DNA of 62,582 nt. Source: Bigelowiella natans CCMP2755 (taxonomy: Eukaryota > Protista > Cercozoa). The DNA lies in assembly GCA_000320545.1 (NCBI GenBank), contig ADNK01000103.1, positions 1 through 62,582 of the forward strand, written 5' to 3'. Numbering within the stretch: the stretch's first letter is position 1; each line of letters begins with the position of its first letter. Position numbers and translations under genes: made by a program. Below are positions 52,007 through 62,582 of this stretch, piece after piece. Below the pieces are notes generated by a model. The model was not told the DNA's origin. It did no database searches and worked only from the letters and a program-made list of their open reading frames with translations.

Positions 52007-52500
52007 GGGCTAACCCTGCCACCCCTTCCTATTTCATAATCGTTTTCCGCTTCTAGAACCTAGAGGCAGCCATGCCCTCCACCGTTCCTCTGCCCTCGCT
52101 TCCGACCTCGGCTCCCTGCACGCACGGTTGAGAGTGTGACGAACCGGAGGAATCATGTACGGAAAACCACAAGGATTTTGGTCCTGCGACAAGGTAGAAA
52201 AGCGTGGTTCATGAGATTCATCCAGCATCTCCTCGTCTCTGAGCACACTCGATTGGCTGGAAGGATCCTGGAATGGAGGAATGGCTAGAATGCCATTCTT
52301 GATTCCTTTTGGTTTCACTAGCTAGTCCTCACTGAAGTTAGTTCGAGGCACTGTATTTGATGATTGCAAGTGTCTTGTCACACTTTGGAAATGTGGTTTT
52401 TCATCATTGTTCTCATTGTTCTCATTGTTCTCATTGTTCTCATTGTTTTCATTGTTCCTGGAACGCCTTTTCAAGAAACTGGGTTCGATCAGTTCATCAT
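49856..52500 (-). CDS. Hypothetical coiled-coil protein; 5' end possibly disrupted
   Basis: Exon-like ORFs 49856-50146, 50369-51103, 51391-51753 and 52034-52318 have charged, heptad-like composition. Confidence 0.55.
52403..52457 (+). repeat. 9-bp tandem repeat (TCATTGTTC) x about 6; reads NNE repeats on the minus strand
   Basis: Directly visible in the sequence. Confidence 0.9.
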
Positions 52501-52920
52501 CATTGTTCATTGTTCATTGTTCGCATCCGTCTCCACGGCGCTCACTGGCAAAGACAAAGCTCACGCGAAGGCGTCCAGCTGGGTCACCAATTTTGCATGG
52601 TGCTGGTTTTCACACCAGAGAGCCCTCGCTAGCTCGTTGTTTTCAGCGAGGCACTGCGTTTCGTGCTTTGCCAGTGTCGTGCAACGCTTTGGAAGTGATC
52701 GATCATCAGTTTTTCTTGCTTCCATTTTCTTGATTCCCTGCACGTTTCAGAGGTCCAGCCGAGCTTTTTTGACGTGGAAAATCACTGAGTGAAGTGGCGC
52801 GCGCGACGACCGACAAATGGTGTTCTTCGCTTTCCTTGGTGGTCTTGCCGTTCGGTCTAGCGGTGCTCCTGACGATCGTTCTCAGCCGTACCTTTAGAAC
52901 TTCTTCGTTCGTGTGACATT
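52501..52920 (-). mobile_element. Degenerate 3' fragment of an RTE-like non-LTR retrotransposon with a (GAACAAT)n tail
   Basis: Frameshifted TNEEVLK...LSDF.RQK(KL)GW...MEARKTDDRSLPKR resembles the post-RT region of RTE LINEs. It ends in a short tandem-repeat tail. Confidence 0.5.
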
Positions 52921-53613
52921 CATTCACTCGTTCACTCGGCCTGTGCATCGCTCGCAGGCCACGTCACACTGATTGTCAAATTGCACAGCAAGGTGCACAT
53001 CATGCGCAGTGAAAACAATGACACCAGCGAAAACGTGTGTCGATGACGTGCATGCATGCGTGTGTTCCATGCACATGTCACATGCTGTGGCTGTGACTGC
53101 GATGCATGCTGTGTCCATCGCACTCCTGCCCAGTGTTGGTCTGGCCGCCTCATGCTCATGGCAACACTGAGACGCTCTTTGGATCTTCATGATGATCTCC
53201 ATGTACCCATACCGCACGCGATTGCTCTATCGTGTGAAAGCATTGCACTAATGATTGCGTTCGTCTGTTCCATCAGGCATAAAAACTTGGCAATTTGCGT
53301 AGCACAGAAATCAGCGGCGTAGCGTAGCCGTACAAGACAATGTCTCGTGCCTTGCATCGTGCAGCACAGGCTGGCAGGAAGCCAGCCTAATCATCTCACA
53401 TATGTCCATCAATGGCTAATTTTACTTTCATTGGCTGAGTTTGCTTTCTTACAAGCAGCTACATAAGCTATTTTACACGTTGTAATTTTATTTCAGTGTA
53501 GAAGTGCTGAATAGAGATTATCACCTCCGTGCATATGTTCATCAGATTAACGAAAGAGACGATATCATTGTAAAAGATACAACTTCAAGGTTTACAATCC
53601 TGCATTTCAGTCA

Positions 53614-55020
53614 TTACATGTCTGGTGATGTGTTTATTCCAATGTTCACGCCTGAGTTTTGTTGTGGAACAGAGCTGGAAACAAGAAGTTTTTTCTCTTT
53701 ACTTGACGAGGAGCTTGATGAGGTATCAGTATCCATGCTTTGAGCACTAGGCACCCGTGTCATCATCGAGAGATTTCCCGAACAACAATGCAATAATTTT
53801 CCGAGCCACATTATATTGATTAACGAAATCAGTATTACTACTAGAACAGCCAAAACGCTCGCACACACCTTTCCAACAATAAACGTATCGAATCCATAGA
53901 ACTTTACATACAACAAAGTTGCATTTGCACTGGACGCGGAGGGAAATGTAAATCCTGCAAAACTAGAATTGAACCATAGATCCTTGAGGCGAACCCTGCG
54001 CATAAATACGCACCATAAGGTTGAAAGCATCCCCAACATTGCCACAGCAAACAGTGTGTGACCCACAAAAAGAGGGCCTAATAAGAGTTGCTGCCCCTCC
54101 GAGTTACTACGTAGACTACTTCGCGAAACAAGCCAGCATATGCACACAAATGATCCCGGAGCCTGTAGAACCCCAATCGATCCATTTATGGCGACTTCTT
54201 TAGGTCGGTAGTAGCAACGAAAAAGAGCAATTGGTAACGTGAATACCATCATGATTACAGCTGACCAAACACTTGTTGCTATAAGAGCTGGGGGGAACTT
54301 TAATGCCGCTCCTGCCATTGCAAATGTTCCCAAAGAAACGGTGGGAGGAAACCACGCAGGTTCAGGATAGAATCCCTCACGGTAACTTCGAAGTAGAAAT
54401 GTAGCCATGACGGCGAGCTGCGTGTGAAAACAGGAGAGTCAGCAAATCGAAAGTAATAAAGAGAGTGGCAGTGCCGGTGGGGCAAAATGTGAGAGTTTGT
54501 GTTGTTTTATAAGGGGACCGACTTGCAATGTGCACCATACGGCGACTGTCCCCTGAGCGATACGAAGACCGAGTATACCAAGATCCAGCTTCATCATGTG
54601 AGTACTAGTGAGGAGCGAATACGTCGTGGATGTTAATAACGGGATCGTCACGTGGGACACCTGGGCAGATATTTGTAGAGGACTAGATGCTTCTTCCCGA
54701 AGTACCTTACAGGGAAACAAGCACATTTTTGCCAAGTAGAGGATCTGATTGACGTATGCTACGAAGAGGGCAAGGATTGCTGCAACGATGAAACTATATT
54801 TTACTGGAGGAGGGGAAGAAGATAAAGCTGCATTTAAATTGAGCAGTACGTTGCATAGGCCAGTCAATCCTAGTGCAAACCCATTGCATGCTAGGGGAAC
54901 TCGCAGAAGCTGTTGCAAGAGTCGCCGCGACAAGCTACGACACGAGGAACCGGGGGGTGGCGCTATGTCCGCTGCTGCTACTACTTCCGGCAATAACTTC
55001 TCTTTATTTCGATCCATCAT
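53614..55020 (-). CDS. SLAC1/TDT (tellurite-resistance/dicarboxylate) family anion channel
   Basis: VPLACNGFALGLTGL, PEPAWFPPTVSL, FNSSFAGFTFPSA; about 10 TM; two ORFs joined by an intron. Confidence 0.85.
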
Positions 55021-56524
55021 CTTTTCCCGGCAAATGGAATTAAATACTAGATGATCATATGCTCTCGCTCCTCTTCCTCCTTCCCCCTCCCTCCTCTCCT
55101 CGCTCTTCTGGCTTGCGGAGAAAACGGCGACGGACTACGTAGTGGGAATATCTCGTGAATGCGCTACAGTATGACAAAAACAAGGAAAAGGTAGTCGGGA
55201 GCCAACCAGCTATCTCCAAAATGAAGGGCGTTTTACCCAAAAATAGGTTCTATCCGCAAGTCGCACCAGCATTGAACAAACATTAGACGCATCTGCAACC
55301 TGTTCTTCTCTGCCTCTGCTGAGAGCTGCGCGCAAGTGCACAATGATCGATCGAACTTGGAGGAATTCGGGGTCTTAGATCATCTGAATGTGCCCAAAGC
55401 GACTAAATTTGTCCCAAAATTGTTTCCCTGCACTTCTGCGAGAAACATTCCGCCATGTGTTGAGCAATCTAGCAATGCGCCCGCATGTCAGTCTTCGTGA
55501 AAGTGAAAATGTTGTGTGATGACACTCATCACATGAGGCAATTGCACCAACTTGAACAGATATGACCATTTCATCAACTCTGACGAAGATGAAGGAAAGT
55601 TGCCGGACTTTCACCTGATCTCGAAACATCCCTCAAAAGCAACGAATGGCGTCTGGAGCGTGTGCAATCAAAGACAAAGACAAAGACAATGGTGAAAAAC
55701 CACACTTCCAAGACGAGGTGCTGGATCATGATTGCTGTGTCCAATGTGATCCCAGGATGGAAATCATTCGAATCCACAGATGTGCAATGCAAAAAAAAAA
55801 GTGGTGCACAATGTTGCCCCGCCCATCGGCTGCACACTGGTGTGAACAGTTGACGTGCACCTTTGAAGTGTGACACGCTGCCGCACGCGTCAAGCTCACA
55901 TCGCATTGGCTAGTCCGCCATTGAGGTGGTGTCAACAGACCATGCAGACGACATTTGAGATGTCGCCATGGTCACGTTGTCACGTTGCGCATGCATTGCG
56001 AGCAAAGTGTGGTGCGCGCAGCATTGTCAAGACTGTGAAATGATTTTGTCCAATCAGCGAAGCTGTTAGCCATCTGTTGCCTTAGCAAGCTGGCTGGGCA
56101 TTCGCATTAGATGCGAGCACCATGTCAGACGATGCGGTTTCACATTGCTGCATGACCGCTGCCAGGGTGCATGCAATGCTTGAGAGAATGCCAACTGAAA
56201 ATGTTGAATCGATCGTCTGATCGTATCGCCACTGTCATTTTCTTTAATTTAGGCTCAAACATGTGCAAAATGATTCACACAAATGTAGCATTCATCTGCT
56301 AGTTGTGATTCCACAATTCATCGGATGTCAGCCTCACTGAACATAAGTATCAGCAGTGCGATGATCCAACAATGCAAGGGTGGGTCATTAGGCGAACGCA
56401 ACATGAGTCACATGATTGTAATTTTGAATGCTACTTCTTCTCATTCGTATGTAAGAGCATCCATTTTATGAGATCAGGGCCATCATGACCTACAATTAGA
56501 GTTATCATTAACTATCAACGCATT

Positions 56525-56607
56525 CATCTATATGCTGCCAGTAGTTCGTAAAGTAGATCGATAGAGCATAGGAAGAGTGTAATAGAAGTGTGTGTGTGTC
56601 ATTCTCT

Positions 56608-56649
<42 letters not shown>

Positions 56650-57165
56650 GCTTGTGTGTGTGTGTGTGGGTGTGTGTCTATAAGTGTATATGCGTGTGTT
56701 GTGCCATGCGCACACTCCCAGAGCGCGGGAAGGGAAGGAGAGGGAAGAGAAAGGAAAAGCACCCTTGAATGTCTTCCCATGCACATGCACATCTTCTCCG
56801 GCATAAACTTGCATCCAGCTCGCGTGGCCTGCTCACAATGCATAAGTTATATCTGCAGCAGGCGGTGACGACATAATGGTGAGGGCTATGGTGACACTGA
56901 GCGCCCACGTACGAAGAAAAGGGGTGATGTGGGCATTTGGAATCAACGCAGTTCCTTAGGCAGAGGCGCTACTACACGTCTGTGCCCTTTCACCACCGAA
57001 GGAGATCTCATCATCTTCCGGGTTGTTGTTGTTTTGTGCTTTTTCTTTCGAAACCCTTACGTCATGTGGGGAGTCGCGACGAAGATATGTGTCTCTAATC
57101 CTTGATTGCTATCGGTGATGTGTATGTACGCATGTATGTATGTATGTATGTATGTATGTATGTAT

Positions 57166-57207
<42 letters not shown>

Positions 57208-57349
57208 TAAATACACTATTATTACCGTCATAACCAGGATATCCTAACGGTCCCGGGCTCTCATTGTATCGAGTGTATCTGCCAAAATTATCAGTAGTAT
57301 TAATCGCAACCTATAAGAAGAAACACCACCATATTTACATGCATTTATA

Positions 57350-57393
<44 letters not shown>

Positions 57394-57585
57394 TTACGTG
57401 CAACATGTATGTAAATGATACGCTACTCCCCCACGCACTTGATTTCCAGTCTGAGATTCGCCTTCTTGATCATCGCAACACTACGATCTGTATAGTCTAC
57501 GGGGACAACCTGGGAAATTGGGTGCATGATTTCTCTCTCGGCGTACCCAGGATTATCACCCATTTTTTGTAAATTAAATATATGT

Positions 57586-57619
<34 letters not shown>

Positions 57620-58942
57620 TGTTGGCTTCCATCACAATAAATCTTAACACTTCGGATATATGTCGAGATGATTTAAGTCGTATTAGCGTACGCTTCTTCC
57701 CCTCCCCCTCCCCTTCTCCCCCCCTCTCACTTCTCCCGCACTTCATCACCATCATTCTCACCATCGTAGTATAGTCCCTCAACTGGGGGGAGATACCTGG
57801 TCATTCGCTCCATGGAAAGCCCACACCGGTACCTTTATATCAGAGGCTTTAGGAACTCCAGCGGCGCCTGGAAGGGGGATGAGGCGGAGGAGGACGATTG
57901 TGAAGAAGGGATGTTATAGATGCGGTGGTGATATTTACACGTTATACATATAATGCGTATTTGTGTGCGTGTCTGTGTGTGTGTGTTTGTGGGTGTTAGT
58001 ATTTTTGTCTGAATTTAATGCAGTGTCAGCGTGGTAGATATCTCATCTCTGTGAAAGAACCAAAAAACAACTTACACACGGGGGCCACGGCCGCAAAGAG
58101 TCCAGTAGTGGCACCCCTCTTGCGACAGCATCGATGATGGTGATGATGGAAAAGGAGGAGGGGAGGGAGTTGGCGCAAAAAAATGAACGATGAGGGTCAT
58201 ATCCCAAAATACGAGAAGAACGTAGTTTGATCAAATGCGTGCGAGAGTATGAGTGTGTTTGGGCGTCGTCTTTTCTATATCTCTCGTTCACTCTCTCTCA
58301 AGTCCATCAGCAAATACCCACACGCCAGCTCCACCCATGGACACACCAGTCAGATAAACCCTATTTTCCATCATCATCATCATCATTATCATCATCATCA
58401 TCACCATCATCACCACCATCGTTATCATCGTCGTTGTCTTCAAGGCTTCGTGAGCAATCTCTCAGATGTTCATTTCACCATTTGCATTTTTCCGCATCCC
58501 CCCCATTCCCTATCACATCACTGCGGCGTGAGATTGTGCCCCACCAGTAACTACTACTACCACTACTACTACCTGTGAGGATCGACGTGTAGACCCTTAT
58601 CATCGATAAGGTTTTGCGTGAATGTCTTTATTCGTGATGCATCTCCCCACCTATAACCATGGAGCGGTCAGCTCGTTGCAATCGTATTCCCTCCCCAAGC
58701 TATTTTAATCTCGATGTTTTTGGTCATTTCCCCAGAATCCGACCCCCACCCCTCCCTCCCCCCCCCCCCCTTTCTTCTGGGCGGTGTTACCCTCTGTCGG
58801 TCCGTGGTGAAGCGACAACGAAGTTCTCATGAAGCTCCTAAGCAAGGGGGGGGGGGGGGGGGGTAAGGGCTCTTCATGTTGGCAGTCATACTCAAATGGG
58901 GCTGCTGCTCTGGTCAGAAGATGGCAATACGTAGCGTTGTAA

Positions 58943-58974
<32 letters not shown>

Positions 58975-59123
58975 AATAGAGTTGCCTAGTGACGCTCATT
59001 ATCAACTATATCTTCGGGGTGATAAAGACTACAACTCGCCTTCGCAATTTTCAAATAATATATATATGTGTGTGTGTGTGTGTATAATATGTCAACGCAG
59101 CCCGCTGGCACCTTAAGACTTAC

Positions 59124-59182
<59 letters not shown>

Positions 59183-59455
59183 TGTGAGTGAGTGTGTGTG
59201 TGCTCACATTTAGCATACCGGAATAGCTCTTTTATAATGGAGTTCCACTTGTGGGCAGCCCGTAGCGCCTGCATGGATACCCGCAAGCGACCAACCAATC
59301 AACCAATCAACCACCACCACCATGTTACTATGCGAAACCGAAAGAGGGAGATGCGTCTTCCTTGTGGAGTAGTCACTCTCGTTTTTATGTCGCTCACTCA
59401 CCGTCGGCAATAAGACCCATAGCAGTTCCCTAGATAGCATATCAATAGTTAACAC

Positions 59456-59488
<33 letters not shown>

Positions 59489-60610
59489 CACACCACAACC
59501 CACCACAAATCATACGTATTAGGCGAAGTCATGAATGTAAGTGAGAAAATTCGTCGTCATCGCCATCGCTGCCAATGTCGTTGTTGGTTATTGGTGAACC
59601 GTCTGCTGCTAAATTGGGCGGAAAAGGGAAAAACAGCGCACCGATCCCATCTCTCCAGCCCCGTGCAAGAACACCAACAGCGGCCAGCGCCTGTCCTGTT
59701 TTTTATGGAAAGTTTCAATTCTGAGAAGTACAGACCGACCGAGGGAGATTGATTTGCAAGTTGCAGGGGGCTCGCTATACATGTAAGCACCTCGTTCTTC
59801 TTGTTCTCTGCTTCAAAGGCTTTCGGCGTGTATCTGTGATGACAAATATATGAGTGGGTACGCAAACGGTGCGGAGTAGGGGGGGGGGGGGGGGCAAGGG
59901 GGCTTGTGGAGTCGCGAGAGGGGGATATAGGGCAAATAAAATACTGCAATACTCATCTATCTCTAGAGGATACAGACAGAATAAAGTGACAGACGGGGGA
60001 AGGGATTAGGGGTATCAATCATCTCACAAGAGGTATTTTAAATTGGAGGATTTCTCGAGTCTTTCGATCTGGACACCATGGCCACGATCTTTCTCGCCTT
60101 TACGCGTAGTAGTGTCCGAGTGCATGGTCACAACAACGAACACGACGCCATTATTAGACACAAGCATATTCATTATCGGGACAAACTGCTGCTTGAGGAC
60201 CGCAAGCTTAATGCATGTCCTCTTACTGGATCAAAAATCATTTCGCACACTGCACCACCTTCAAGCATCGACTTTTTCACGTCCTCTCCTGCCCCCTAAT
60301 ATGGTGCGTTGTGTAGGTTTTTGCTTCGCAATGTCAAGGTAAGGTTGGACCCACATGGAAACATCTAAATTCAAAACACCGGCACCCTCTTTCGTACCCC
60401 ATTCATTGATGAGTAACAACCATACCTTCTTCGAGTCGCCATTTTCATTTATCATGGCGAAGGTTGCTCCGGTGGCTACGCAGGCCAGGAAGACGCAAGA
60501 GGCAAACAAAATCGCTCCCGAACGATTGATTCCCCAGCTGCAAGTTCTCCCCTAATCAGCAAGAGCCCATGTTACGCAACAGTAAGGAAAAGCGACTGGT
60601 TGATTCTCAT
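56525..60610 (-). CDS. Alpha/beta hydrolase (phospholipase/carboxylesterase or predicted peptidase), many micro-exons
   Basis: LVFLHGAGEMG (59.65-59.68 kb), GATGCPQVELHY, VYLTGVSMGGAGVW (58.32-58.36 kb), FAAVAPVC, PVWAFHGANDQ, VVPVDYT, HASW (56.81-56.83 kb). Confidence 0.85.
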
Positions 60611-61523
60611 CGCCAATGGTGTCCACCTTAGGCATTCACTGCGCCGGGGGCGGGCGTCCTTGCGGAAGGAGAAGGAACGCAACTGTGCAGATAGACAGAA
60701 GAGAGAAGAAAAAGAGCAATTTTGTGGCCGAACATCGTACTGCGACTAGCACAAAATCATGTCGCAGGTAAAAATATGCGTTTATTTCATCGATAATTAC
60801 AGGCAATTAGCTCGTGACGAACGGGGTCAATTCTGAAACGTGGCTGGGGAGGACATCATCAGGGTGAACAAACCTGTCATAGCCTGGCTGCCTTGAGGTG
60901 CTTGGGCACGCCTTTGCAAGTCTACTTTGCACGGCTTTGCATTTGGAGGCGGTTTTCACTGGGCCATGGCCCTTTTTCCATGCCTCAGGGCACATTCGAG
61001 GTCTCTGGCTGCACGTCGTGTCGGGCACCAACGATGTCACATGTGTGCACATTGCCAATTATTCCACTTGCACCACACTTTGATGCTGATCAGCGAGGGT
61101 GCAAGCAAGCTGAACAAGAGCAATTTCACTGTAGACGCAGTGCGTTTCACATGGACACAGCTGTCATTAACTCCACAGAAACTGACATCACATGCACGCG
61201 GAAGATGAGCGGCGGATGCACATGCATTGTTGTTCCTGCACAGCGCACGCATTGTGACGTCAAATTTCACACGTACGATTGCTGATGAATGTGAGTAATG
61301 TTCATGTACGTGTACATGTTCTTGTTTAAAATTTTAGTCGTACATAAACCATATACGCGAACATGATTCATCTCACAATAGCCGCGAGCTAGCCTACGCA
61401 TACGTTCTATGCGATGGTCGGTGTATGTGACATACCCGCAACATACAGTGACGGTATAATGTTTTTGGCCTAAACTATATCTGTTATTCTCTGCTCTGTT
61501 TTCACTGCTGGTATAGCTATTAA

Positions 61524-62582
61524 CTAACTTCCATTCTTTTGTGGGGGGGGCACGATGCCGAGCTCCTCAAATTTAGTGTCCACATCGATCAAGAATTGCA
61601 TGTCCCGCCTGCGCGTTAGCCCCCCCCCAAAACTGCTACCAGCAGTAATGCTGCTACTGCTGCTGCTGCTACTACTATTACTACTACTACTACTGCTACC
61701 ACTGCTTCTCTCCTGGTGTATCGTTTCTTCTCCTTCTCGCCCACAAGCGTCTCGCAAAGCTGAGAGATATGCGTCCTGCACAGCCTAGTTGTGGTGGATT
61801 GCTGGAAGTTTACATATTGCTGAACGACGATGTATGTGCAGATTTCTGACCTTGGTGTCTATACCCTCTGCGACTTCAAAATGACACGGAATCACTCGGT
61901 TGATACCAGGGCACATCTCACCGATCTTTGCAACCCACTCCTATAACGGGGGAGATGGAGTGTTTGGGTAAGAAAAAGGGCGAGAGGACGGGCGCGGCAA
62001 GATAGTGTAATCTTCCATCTGAGACCCCCCCCTCCCCCCCCCCAACACCAACCCAGTAGCCAGGAAGGTGGGAAAGGAAGAGGATCAAAGCAACACCACC
62101 TCTGTAGTATTTGCTTCTCTAAATTTTCAAATGTGTTTTAAAAATATCGTTCCGCGGGATGATCTCGCAATCGTGCCTGGCGACTGCTAGTCACAGTATA
62201 ACTAGCTGGCGTTCCCCTCCCCTCCCTGCTTCTACCCAGCTAAATCCAAATTTCCAAAAATGAAGCCTCTCATACACATTCTTCGTCCCCACTCTACTAC
62301 TGAAACTACTGCTGCTGCTACTGCTACTACTACGACTTGTCTTTCTCCCCCCCCCCCCCCAATTGATGCGCGTAATAATAGTAATGATTTTTAAGCATTA
62401 GTAGCATGTACACAAACCTCAATGTCAGCCTCAAATCTTCGTAGGACAAGTTGCCGTATAAAAGGCGTCGGGATCTTTGATAATGTTCATGATAATGATG
62501 ATGAGCGCGGGACGTCTCTAGTCCATCCTCCCACCCCTTTCTCCTTCTCTCCTCTCTCTCTTCTCTCTCTCTTCTCTCTCTA
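61524..62582 (-). CDS. 3' exons of a hypothetical protein; start lies beyond the window
   Basis: Terminal exon 61524-61786 plus upstream exon-like segments. Confidence 0.5.

Noticed and set aside
55574-55620. CTGACGA...GAAA as a hammerhead ribozyme core
   Set aside because: No convincing stem II or stem I pairing.
42000-60000. Numerous short ORFs with poly-SL, CV, IY, H or M runs
   Set aside because: Translations of intronic microsatellites.

Overview
Intron-rich eukaryotic nuclear DNA. It is probably a complex-plastid protist/alga (chlorarachniophyte-like; this is inference from intron style and a bipartite-looking leader). About 15 spliced genes are visible: a polycystin-1-like REJ/GPS receptor, YrdC/Sua5, an HtrA-type protease, an MFS transporter, a SMYD SET protein, a type-B carboxylesterase, a LIM + prostaglandin-reductase-like locus, 14-3-3, RWDD3-like, VIT-VWA, a SLAC1/TDT channel, an alpha/beta hydrolase and hypotheticals. 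A very young, intact Ty3/Gypsy LTR retrotransposon lies at 10011-15724 (identical 325-bp LTRs, CTGA target-site duplication). Two signals stand out. (1) Four sharply bounded intergenic islands have almost no TpA dinucleotides, while CpA/TpG are abundant and CpG is retained. The surviving TpAs are mostly in CTA/TAG context. This looks like a reverse-RIP, A:T->G:C hypermutation acting on old repeats, and the fresh TpA-rich LTR element sitting inside one island serves as an internal control. (2) The Gypsy polyprotein ends in a degenerate Dam/N6-adenine-methyltransferase-like domain, of the type normally associated with DIRS elements. All counts are by hand, and exon boundaries are approximate.
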